Shown piece by piece: positions 8,546 through 16,273 of a stretch of 64,000 nt of DNA. The stretch spans positions 26,456 to 90,455 of the forward strand of contig JAFIEB010000143.1 in the NCBI GenBank assembly GCA_020832735.1, written 5' to 3'. Both the position numbers and the translations under genes were made by a program. Positions within the stretch are counted from its first letter, which is position 1, and each line of letters starts with the position of its first letter. The stretch comes from Oceanicaulis sp. (GTDB taxonomy: Bacteria; Pseudomonadota; Alphaproteobacteria; Caulobacterales; Maricaulaceae). Under the pieces are notes generated by a model, which did not search any database, had not been told where the DNA came from, and was given only the letters and a program-made list of their open reading frames with translations.

Positions 8546-8681
8546 AGTGTGAGATTCCGCGCTTGCCCGTGACGGGCCAACCACTGAGGCTGCCGCACAT
8601 CATGATGTCCGGGTCCCCCGGCGCATCATGGCAGACCGTGATAGGGACATCATTGGCATATAGGCTGGAGTTTGCCACCCC

Positions 8682-9284
8682 CTACCCCTCGTGCCGCGCC
8701 TTCAGGACCTTGGCGGCGTCGTTCAGGCTCAGCCCGCGCGCTTTGAGAAGCACCATGAGGTGGAAGATCAGATCGGCGGCTTCTCCCAGCAGCGCCGCGT
8801 CGCTTTCGCCCACGGCGGCGAGCGCTGTCTCCACGCCCTCCTCGCCGACTTTCTGGGCGATCTTGGCGATGCCGGAGCTCAGGAGCTTGGCGGTGTAGCT
8901 GGCCTCGCCGCCCTCATGCGCGCGCTGATCAATGATCCGGCCGAGCCGGCCCAGAAAAGCGAGACCCGGACCGGGATCATCGCCCCAGCACGTGATGGTC
9001 CCCAGATGGCAGGTCGGCCCGGCGGGCCGGGCCTGGATCAGGATGGCGTCACGGTCGCAGTCGGCGGCCAGCGAGACAAGATGGAGCACATCGCCGCTGG
9101 TTTCGCCCTTGGTCCAGAGGCGGTTTTTTGAGCGCGACCAGAAGGTTACGAGGCACTTCTCTTGTGTGGCAGACAGCGCCTCGGCGTTCATATAGCCCAG
9201 CATCAGCACCGCGCCGGTATCGGCGTCCTGCACGATGGCCGGGGCGAGACCGCCGCCCTTCTCCCAGTCCACATCAAGGTTCAT
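8682..9284 (-). CDS. hisIE: bifunctional phosphoribosyl-AMP cyclohydrolase / phosphoribosyl-ATP diphosphatase
   Basis: The HisI part reads [25 protein letters not shown]...[16 protein letters not shown]...CDRDAILI...GPTCHLG. The HisE part reads SYTAKLL...[12 protein letters not shown]...[13 protein letters not shown]. It overlaps the hisF stop by 4 nt. Confidence 0.95.
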   Translation of the reverse strand: MNLDVDWEKGGGLAPAIVQDADTGAVLMLGYMNAEALSATQEKCLVTFWSRSKNRLWTKGETSGDVLHLVSLAADCDRDAILIQARPAGPTCHLGTITCWGDDPGPGLAFLGRLGRIIDQRAHEGGEASYTAKLLSSGIAKIAQKVGEEGVETALAAVGESDAALLGEAADLIFHLMVLLKARGLSLNDAAKVLKARHEG

Positions 9285-10048
9285 GGCCGTATCTCCACGC
9301 CCTGGCCCGACAGCCAGGTTTTCAGGTCCGGAATGGCGATCACGCCCTTGTGGAACACGCTGGCGGCCAGCGCGCCATCCACCCGGGCGTGGGCGAACAC
9401 ATCGGCGAAATGTTCGCGCGCCCCTGCCCCGCCAGACGCAATCAGCGGCACGGGACAGACCACGCGGGCCTCAGCGAGCTGGGCGATGTCATAGCCCTCG
9501 CGCACCCCGTCCTGATCCATGCAATTGAGCACGATCTCGCCGGCGCCGCGCTCAACTGCTTCCTTGATCCAGTCGAGCGTGGCGCGCGCCTCGCTCACTG
9601 TCTTGTCCGGATCGCCGGTATTGCGATGGACCCGCCAGGTCCCGTCGATCTCGCGGCTATCGATCCCGACCACCACGCACTGGCTGCCAAACTCGCGCGC
9701 CAGCTGGTCGATCAGGCCGGGGTTTTCCAGAGCGGGCGAATTGACCGAAATCTTGTCGGCGCCCGCGAACAGGCGCGCGCGCGCATCATCGACACTGCGA
9801 ATGCCGCCCGCCACGCAAAACGGAATATCAATCTCGCGCGCCACCCGGCTCACCCATTCAGGCTCCACCGTGCGCGCCTGCGGGCTGGCGGCGATGTCGT
9901 AGAAAACAAGCTCATCGGCGCCTTCCGCCGCGTAGCGCGCCGCGAGCCCTGTGATGTCGCCCACATCCTCGTGATCACGGAAGCGCACGCCCTTGACCAC
10001 GCGGCCATCCTTGACGTCGAGGCAGGGGATGATGCGCCGCGCTAGCAT
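9281..10048 (-). CDS. hisF: imidazole glycerol phosphate synthase cyclase subunit
   Basis: [23 protein letters not shown]...ADELVFYDI...[10 protein letters not shown]...ASGGAG is the canonical HisF signature. Confidence 0.97.
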   Translation of the reverse strand: MLARRIIPCLDVKDGRVVKGVRFRDHEDVGDITGLAARYAAEGADELVFYDIAASPQARTVEPEWVSRVAREIDIPFCVAGGIRSVDDARARLFAGADKISVNSPALENPGLIDQLAREFGSQCVVVGIDSREIDGTWRVHRNTGDPDKTVSEARATLDWIKEAVERGAGEIVLNCMDQDGVREGYDIAQLAEARVVCPVPLIASGGAGAREHFADVFAHARVDGALAASVFHKGVIAIPDLKTWLSGQGVEIRP

Positions 10049-10764
10049 GCCAGCGCCTCCTCCAGCTTGAAGCAGCCCTCAAAGAGCGCCCGCCCGATAA
10101 TGGCGCCGGACAGGCCAGCGGTTTTGAGGGCGCGCACATCATCCAGCGAGGACACGCCGCCCGACGCCTGCCAGGCGATATCGGCGCGCGCAGCGACCAG
10201 GTCTGTGTAGAGCGCGGTGTTGGGGCCTGACAGCATGCCGTCGCGCGCCACATCGGTCGCCAGCGCGTGGGCGAGCCCGGCGCGGCGATAGTCAGCGAGC
10301 AGTTCTGGCAAGGTGCGCTCGGCGCGCTCGGTCCAGCCTTTCAGGGTCGGATACACCGCCCCGCCTTCCATCCTCACGTCGAAAGCGGCGGCGATGCGCT
10401 CAGGCCCAAAGCGGGCGATCCAGCCGATCACGGTCCGGGGCTCGCTGACGGCGAGGCTGCCCACCACCACGCGCGACGCTCCGGCGTCCAGCAGCGCTTC
10501 CACATCGTCCGCCGTGCGCACGCCGCCGCCGGTTTGTATCTTCAGCCCCGCCGACGCCACGGCGGCCACGAGGCCGGTCTGGCGCCGGGCGCCGTCGCGG
10601 GCGCCCGACAGATCGACCAGATGCAGCCAATCCGCCCCGGCCGCGCGCCAGGCTTGCGCCACCGCCAGCGGGTCGCCGCCATAATCGGTGACGGCGTTGA
10701 AATCGCCCTTGGCCAGACGCACCACGCGGCCGTCCAGAACATCGATCGCCGGGTAGAGGATCAT
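10042..10764 (-). CDS. hisA: 1-(5-phosphoribosyl)-5-[(5-phosphoribosylamino)methylideneamino]imidazole-4-carboxamide isomerase
   Basis: [22 protein letters not shown]...LHLVDLSGA...QTGGGVR...SGGVSS, together with its position between hisH and hisF. Confidence 0.95.
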   Translation of the reverse strand: MILYPAIDVLDGRVVRLAKGDFNAVTDYGGDPLAVAQAWRAAGADWLHLVDLSGARDGARRQTGLVAAVASAGLKIQTGGGVRTADDVEALLDAGASRVVVGSLAVSEPRTVIGWIARFGPERIAAAFDVRMEGGAVYPTLKGWTERAERTLPELLADYRRAGLAHALATDVARDGMLSGPNTALYTDLVAARADIAWQASGGVSSLDDVRALKTAGLSGAIIGRALFEGCFKLEEALAC

Positions 10765-11357
10765 GGGCGCGTCTCCAGAAAATTGCGCAGGATTTGCGCG
10801 CCGACACTGCCGGAGCGTTCAGGATGGAACTGGCAGCCCGCGATATGGCCGCGCCGGGCGATGGCCGTGACCGGCCCGCCATAGCGTGTGCGCACTGTGG
10901 TGTGCGGGCCTTCCGGGACATGGAATCCGTGCACGAAATAGGCGTGGGCGCCCTCGGCCACGCCGGCCATCAGCGGCTCCTCGCGCAATGTCTCCAGCGT
11001 GTTCCAGCCCATGTGGGGCCAGGGGCCGTCTGCGCCGGGGTCCAGACGCACCACCCGACCCGGGATCAGGCCGAGCCCGGCACAATCGCTTTCGTCGGAA
11101 TGCTCGAACAATAGCTGCATGCCCAGACACAAGCCCAGCAAAGGCCGCGTCTCGCGCCGCAAGGCGTCCGCCCACGCTGACGATTCAAGCCGCGCCATGG
11201 CGGGGCCGGCCGCGCCCACGCCGGGCAGGATCAGACGCGCCGCGCCCGCCGCGTCCGCCGGTGTGGGGGCGAGAACATGGTCAGCGCCAAGCCGCTCCAG
11301 CGCAAAGCGCACAGAGGCGATATTCGCCGTGGAGGTGTCGATGATGGCGAGCGTCAT
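10761..11357 (-). CDS. hisH: imidazole glycerol phosphate synthase glutamine amidotransferase subunit
   Basis: ILPGVGA...LGLCLGMQLLF (nucleophile Cys) ...GCQFHPERS is the class-I GATase triad in the HisH context. Confidence 0.95.
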   Translation of the reverse strand: MTLAIIDTSTANIASVRFALERLGADHVLAPTPADAAGAARLILPGVGAAGPAMARLESSAWADALRRETRPLLGLCLGMQLLFEHSDESDCAGLGLIPGRVVRLDPGADGPWPHMGWNTLETLREEPLMAGVAEGAHAYFVHGFHVPEGPHTTVRTRYGGPVTAIARRGHIAGCQFHPERSGSVGAQILRNFLETRP

Positions 11358-12497
11358 CTAGAGCACGCCCTTGGTGGACGGCAGGGCGTCGCCTTCAATG
11401 CGCGCGGCCATGCGCAGCGCCCGGCCAAACGCCTTGAAACAGGATTCTATCATGTGGTGGGCATTGTCGCCGTCCACCGAGACATGGATCGCCGCTTTCA
11501 TGGATTCGGCCAGCGAGCGGAAAGCGTGCGGGCACATCTCCACTGGGAAATCGCCGACGCGCTCGCCGGGTATCGTCCCGTCAAACCGGGCGAAGGGCCG
11601 GCCAGACAGGTCAATCCACACGCCGGCGCGCGTCTCGTCCATCGGCGTTTCAAAGCCGAAGCGGGCGATGCCGCGCTTGTCGCCCAGCGCCTCGCGCAAA
11701 GCGTCGCCCAGCGTCAGGCACACATCCTCGATGGTGTGGTGGGCGTCCACCTCCACATCGCCCCGACAGGTCACATCAAGGCCGATACCGCCATGGCGGG
11801 CTATCTGCTCGAGCATGTGACCGAAGAATTTGACGCCGGTATCCACGCGCGCGCCCTCGCCATCGAGGTCGACGCTGAGCGCGATATCGGTCTCCTTGGT
11901 GGTGCGGCGCACGCTGGCGCGCCGCCCGGAAGCCTTCGCCCCCAGATGCCGGGCCAGCGCGCGGGCCGCGGCGGCGTTAGGGACATACAGCACGCCGTCT
12001 GCTGCGCAGGTCAGCGCCAGCGATGCGGCTTTCGCGGGATCAATGCGCAAACCTCCCGGCGCAATCTCGCCGCCGGTGAGTTCGGCCAGGTCCGCCAATA
12101 TCCGCCGCGTCTCGGCGCCCTCGGCGCGCGCCGCCGTGCGCGCCGCCGGGCGCAGGGCGTCAAACCCGGCCTCGATCAGGGCCAGAGGCGGCGGGGCGAG
12201 AGCCTGAGACAGCGCCGCCACCGTTTCTTCCTTGAGGACGACAGCCGTCAACGGCGCCCGGCCCGGACCCAGCTGGATTAGCGCTGGCGCGGTCACCGCA
12301 TCCTCAATCTGCGAGGCGTCGAGGCGCGGGGCTTGCGCAAGCGCCGGATAAGCGCGCAGGGCGTCCTGCGGCGACGCCGCAAGCACGATCCGGTCCGCTG
12401 GAACCGACAGAATGCCCGCCAGCTGCGCCTTCAGCGCTGCCTCAGCTTTTGCCACTTTATCATTGATAGATTGTGACAAATCGAGCCAGCCAGTCAT
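11358..12497 (-). CDS. hisB: imidazoleglycerol-phosphate dehydratase with an atypical ~190-aa N-terminal domain
   Basis: The C-terminal ~185 aa read RRTTKETDI...FFGHMLEQIARHG...DAHHTIEDV...NAHHMIESCFKAFGRAL, the IGPD metal-binding motifs. The ATG overlaps the hisD stop (ATGA at 12494-12497), which supports translation of the whole 379-aa ORF. The N-terminal domain is neither a HAD phosphatase nor otherwise canonical. Confidence 0.9.
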   Translation of the reverse strand: MTGWLDLSQSINDKVAKAEAALKAQLAGILSVPADRIVLAASPQDALRAYPALAQAPRLDASQIEDAVTAPALIQLGPGRAPLTAVVLKEETVAALSQALAPPPLALIEAGFDALRPAARTAARAEGAETRRILADLAELTGGEIAPGGLRIDPAKAASLALTCAADGVLYVPNAAAARALARHLGAKASGRRASVRRTTKETDIALSVDLDGEGARVDTGVKFFGHMLEQIARHGGIGLDVTCRGDVEVDAHHTIEDVCLTLGDALREALGDKRGIARFGFETPMDETRAGVWIDLSGRPFARFDGTIPGERVGDFPVEMCPHAFRSLAESMKAAIHVSVDGDNAHHMIESCFKAFGRALRMAARIEGDALPSTKGVL

Positions 12498-13792
12498 GAT
12501 GCGCGCTCCCTGCGGATGGCCATGGCGAGGCGGTGGGCGTCCAGCCCTTCCAGCGCCGCCAACCGCTCCACCGTCGGCGCGATCGCTTGCGCGCCAGTGC
12601 GGTCGAGCTCGAGGATGGTGGTGGTCTTCTGGAACATCTCCACCGACACGCCGCCATAGGCGCGCGCCGCGCCGGAGGTTGGCAGGGCGTGATTGGGTCC
12701 GCCGGCATAGTCACCCGCCGCTTCCGGCGTCCAGGGTCCGATGAAGATGGATCCGGCATGGCGCACCTTTTCGGCGAGCGCGCGCGGCGCCCGCGTCTGC
12801 ACGATCAGGTGCTCGCTGGCATAGGCGTTGGCGACGTCCACCGCCTCGGCCTCGACTGAAACAATGATCGCACGGGACGCGGCCAGCGCGGCGCGGGCGG
12901 TGTCAGCGCGCGGCAAGCGCTCCAGCCAGCGCGCGATGGACGCCTCGACCCGATCCACAAAACCGCCGGACCAGGCCACCAGCATCACCTGCGCGAGGCT
13001 GTCGTGTTCGGCCTGGCTCAACAGATCGATGGCGACGAAATCGGGATCGGCGTCATCATCGGCGACCACCATCACCTCGCTGGGGCCAGCGGGCAGATCG
13101 GTCGCGGCGCCGCCGGCCGTCTGGGCCAAAAGCGCTTTGGCGGCCGCCACATACGCATTACCGGGTCCGAAAATCCGGTCAGCTTTCGGCAGTCCCGCAA
13201 GCCCGTAGCCGAGCGCCGCCACGCCGTGCGCGCCGCCGATGGCGTAGACTTCATCGAGGCCCAAAAGCTGCGCGGCGGCCAGAATGGCGGGATCGACCCC
13301 CTGCCCCTTGCGCGGCGGCGCGATGACGGCGATGCGGGGCACGCCTGCGATCCTCGCAGGAACCGCCAGCATGATCAGGGTGGAGACGAGCGGCGCCGTG
13401 CCGGCGGGCACATAGAGCCCGGCCACATCAATGGGCGTGGCGCGGCGCTCAGCGCGGGCGCCAGGCCAGGTTTCAACGCTGATGGGACGATAGCCCTGCT
13501 CCTCATGGAACACGCGCACGGCGCGCGCGGCGGCCAGAATGGCGTCCGCGTCCTCTTGGGGCAGCGCTTTGGCGGCGGCTGCAAGCTCGCCCGCGGGCAC
13601 GCGGAAGCCGCTCTCCGGCGCCCATTGATCAAAGCGCCCGGCGTAATCACGCACCGCCGCCTCGCCGCGCGTGCGCACGTCGTCGAGGATGGCCCGCGCC
13701 GTCTCCAGGGCGTCGGAGCCCGCGGCGGGGCGCTGCATCAGCGCCTCGCGCCCGGCGGGGTCAAGCTGGCTCCAGATCGATCTCAGCAACAT
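12494..13792 (-). CDS. hisD: histidinol dehydrogenase
   Basis: A 432-aa ORF with ...IDLLSQAEHD... and GDYAGGPNHALPT motifs, located between hisG and hisB. Confidence 0.95.
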   Translation of the reverse strand: MLLRSIWSQLDPAGREALMQRPAAGSDALETARAILDDVRTRGEAAVRDYAGRFDQWAPESGFRVPAGELAAAAKALPQEDADAILAAARAVRVFHEEQGYRPISVETWPGARAERRATPIDVAGLYVPAGTAPLVSTLIMLAVPARIAGVPRIAVIAPPRKGQGVDPAILAAAQLLGLDEVYAIGGAHGVAALGYGLAGLPKADRIFGPGNAYVAAAKALLAQTAGGAATDLPAGPSEVMVVADDDADPDFVAIDLLSQAEHDSLAQVMLVAWSGGFVDRVEASIARWLERLPRADTARAALAASRAIIVSVEAEAVDVANAYASEHLIVQTRAPRALAEKVRHAGSIFIGPWTPEAAGDYAGGPNHALPTSGAARAYGGVSVEMFQKTTTILELDRTGAQAIAPTVERLAALEGLDAHRLAMAIRRERAS

Positions 13793-13793
13793 G

Positions 13794-14678
13794 TCAGGCC
13801 ATCATCTTTTCAATCGGCATTACCAGGATGGAGCGCGCGCCGGCGGCTTTGAGCCGCTCCAGCGTCGACCAGAAGACTTCCTCGGTGCACACCGCGTGGA
13901 CCGCGACCACGTCGTCGCGCCCGACCACAGCGGCCACCGTGGGCGCATCGGCGCCGGGCAGCACGGCGCGCACCTCATCCAGCCGGTCGCGCGGCGCGTT
14001 GAGGAGGATGTATTTGGTCTGGCGCGAGGCGATAACGCCCTTGAAGCGCTCGATCAGCAGGCTGGCGAGATCACCGATGGCGGGACTGCGCGGGGCCGGA
14101 GCGCGCACCAGCACCGCCTCGCTCTCCAGCACGGTTTCAAAGGCGGTGAGGCCATTGGCCTGCAGCGTGGCGCCCGACGAGACCAGATCGCAGATCGCAT
14201 CGGCCACGCCCATGCGCGGCGCAACTTCCACGCTGCCGCCCATCTCCACAATGTCAGCCGTGACGCCCCTTTGCGCCAGGAATTGCGCGGTGAGGCCCGG
14301 GTAGCTGGTCGCCACCGCCCGGCCCTGCAGATCGCCGACCTGACGGATCGGCCCGTCCTTGGGCGCGGCCAGTTTCAGCGAGCAGCGCGCAAAACCGAGC
14401 TTGAGCGCGACTTCCAGCCCTTTCAGGCGGGCGTGGCGCGCCTGCGCCTCGTACAGCACATTCTCGCCCACAATCCCGTAATCGCACGCGCCCGAGGCGA
14501 CAAAGCTCGGGATGTCATCATCGCGGATCAGCATGAGATCGAGCGGGACGTTTTCGGCCCGGCGCAGCAATTCATCGCGCCCATAGGCGAGTTTCACCCC
14601 CGCCTTGGACAACAGTTCGAACCCGCCTTCGGCGAGCCGGCCCTTTTTCTGCACCGCCAGCGTCAAACGTTCGCTCAT
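13794..14678 (-). CDS. hisG: ATP phosphoribosyltransferase, long form
   Basis: MSERLTLAVQKKGRLAEGGFELLSKAGV...DLVSSGATLQANGL. At 294 aa it includes the C-terminal regulatory domain. Confidence 0.95.
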   Translation of the reverse strand: MSERLTLAVQKKGRLAEGGFELLSKAGVKLAYGRDELLRRAENVPLDLMLIRDDDIPSFVASGACDYGIVGENVLYEAQARHARLKGLEVALKLGFARCSLKLAAPKDGPIRQVGDLQGRAVATSYPGLTAQFLAQRGVTADIVEMGGSVEVAPRMGVADAICDLVSSGATLQANGLTAFETVLESEAVLVRAPAPRSPAIGDLASLLIERFKGVIASRQTKYILLNAPRDRLDEVRAVLPGADAPTVAAVVGRDDVVAVHAVCTEEVFWSTLERLKAAGARSILVMPIEKMMA

Positions 14679-14995
14679 GACCGGCTCTCCCGCGTGCGGT
14701 CCAGCACCAGCCGGTACCCCTGATGATCTTCCTGGCTGAGAAACCGGGCGACGCGCGTGACCGTTGTGGTGCTCACCCCGGCCTCGGCGCTGATGTCGCG
14801 ATAGGACTTGCCGCCCTCGTCGAGCATGCGCGCCACGCGCCAGCGCTCGGCCAGCGCCTGCAGCTCGCCCGGCGTGGTCAGATCGCGCAGGAAACGGCGC
14901 ATCTCCTCGCGGTTTTTCAGGGTCAGCAACGCGTCGCAGAGCGCGTCGACATCGCCCGCTCCGCCCGCTCGTGTCTGGTTCTGCGCTGGCGTCAT
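14675..14995 (-). CDS. YerC/YecD family TrpR-related DNA-binding protein
   Basis: LLTLKNREEMRRFLRDLTTPGELQALAERWRVARML..GKSYRDISAEAGVSTTTVTRVARFL is the TrpR-like YerC/YecD signature. An ATG at 14993-14995 is preceded by GGAGG 5 nt upstream; the TTG at 15013 listed in the track is less likely. The stop overlaps the hisG start (ATGA). Confidence 0.85.
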   Translation of the reverse strand: MTPAQNQTRAGGAGDVDALCDALLTLKNREEMRRFLRDLTTPGELQALAERWRVARMLDEGGKSYRDISAEAGVSTTTVTRVARFLSQEDHQGYRLVLDRTRESRS

Positions 14996-15021
14996 GGCCG
15001 CCTCCGTGTTCAACGGAGGGC

Positions 15022-15049
15022 GTTATAGCGTGTTATCGTGTTAAAACAA
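15022..15049 (-). promoter_or_regulatory. candidate sigma70-type promoter of the his operon, with a tandem CGTGTTA repeat filling the spacer
   Basis: On the minus strand TTGTTT (15049-15044) is followed by a 16-nt spacer and TATAAC (15027-15022). The spacer consists of the direct repeat (plus strand) CGTGTTA-T-CGTGTTA at 15029-15043. This is pattern recognition only. Confidence 0.35.
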
Positions 15050-15064
15050 TGGCCGGACTGCAGT

Positions 15065-16255
15065 TCAGTTCTGCCCGCCCAGATTTCCCTCGCCTGACGG
15101 CGATTCCGGCGCCTCGTCGCGGCCGTCCCAGGGCGCCTCCTCGGCCGGGTCCATGGGCAGGTCGGTGAAGCCTGTCAGATCGGACAGCTCCTGGCTGTCG
15201 CGGCCGATCTCCACGCGGCTGAGCGCATAGGAGCGGATCAGTCGGGCCACCGAATGCAGGCCGTGCATGTGGATGCGCTCATAGCCGTGAGAGGCGTCGA
15301 CCCCGAACGTTACCAGCGCTGTTCGCACATCCGCGCCCGATTCGATCGCGCTGGCGCTGTCGGAACGGTAATAGCGGAAGATATCGCGCTGATGTTCGAT
15401 CCCCTCCTCCTGGCACACGCGCAGGAGCTTCTGCGTCAGGTGATAATCGAACGGGCCGGTCTGATCGGCCATGGCGATGGTGACGCCGAATTCGCGGCTG
15501 TTCTGACCCGGCGCCGTGGTGCCATTATCGATGGTGACCATCGAGGCGATGTCCTGGGACAGGATGGAGCTGGCGCCGTGGCCGACCTCTTCGGTGATGG
15601 TGAACAGGAAATAGGTGTCCACCGCCAGCGTTTCGTCGCCCTCCACCAGGGCCTTGAGTGCGGCGAACATCGAGGCCACGCCCGCCTTGTCGTCGAGATG
15701 TCGCGACACGATGAAGCCGTTGTCGAGAAATTCCGGCTGGGGATCGATGGCGATGAAATCGCCGATATTGAAGCCCAGCGTCTCCAGATCGGCCTGGCAG
15801 ACGGCGACCACGTCCGGGCGCAGCTCCACCTGGCGCCATGACACAGGCTGGGTGTCGACCTCTTCATTGAAGGTATGGCCCGAGGCCTTGAGCGGCAGGA
15901 TCGAGCCGCGAAACGAGCCGTGACTGGCCGTAAACACGGTGCAGCGCGCCCCTTCGGCGAAGCGCGAGGACCAGTGGCCGATGGGCACGACCTCCATGCG
16001 GCCATTGTCCTTGAGCGCCTTGATCTGCGCGCCCAGCGTGTCGATGTGCCCGACAATGGCGCGCGCCGGCTTGCGCCGGCCGCCCTGGATGCGCGCGCGG
16101 ATCGCCCCGCGGCGGGTGATTTCGTAAGGCACGCCCAGCCGGCTCAGCTCCTCGCAGCACAGCCGCGTGACCCCATCGGTATAGCCTGCAGGGCTCGGCG
16201 TCTCGAGGAGGCGGGCGAGGATGTCCTTGATGTAGGCGTCATCGATGACAGACAC
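15065..16255 (-). CDS. osmoprotectant NAGGN system M42 family peptidase
   Basis: The M42 aminopeptidase/endoglucanase-like sequence (GHIDTLG...DDKAGVA...EEVGHGA) is the third gene after asnO and ngg. That is the conserved NAGGN cluster arrangement. Confidence 0.85.
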   Translation of the reverse strand: MSVIDDAYIKDILARLLETPSPAGYTDGVTRLCCEELSRLGVPYEITRRGAIRARIQGGRRKPARAIVGHIDTLGAQIKALKDNGRMEVVPIGHWSSRFAEGARCTVFTASHGSFRGSILPLKASGHTFNEEVDTQPVSWRQVELRPDVVAVCQADLETLGFNIGDFIAIDPQPEFLDNGFIVSRHLDDKAGVASMFAALKALVEGDETLAVDTYFLFTITEEVGHGASSILSQDIASMVTIDNGTTAPGQNSREFGVTIAMADQTGPFDYHLTQKLLRVCQEEGIEHQRDIFRYYRSDSASAIESGADVRTALVTFGVDASHGYERIHMHGLHSVARLIRSYALSRVEIGRDSQELSDLTGFTDLPMDPAEEAPWDGRDEAPESPSGEGNLGGQN

Positions 16256-16273
16256 GGGGGTGCTCCTAAAGGG

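Noticed and set aside
8445-8678. A 77-aa minus-strand ORF starting 4 nt after the hisIE stop and overlapping the sulfotransferase start in another frame.
   Set aside because: It may be a remnant of a disrupted gene, but it has no recognisable motif. It conflicts with the well-supported sulfotransferase start. It is mentioned only as a sign of decay in the island.
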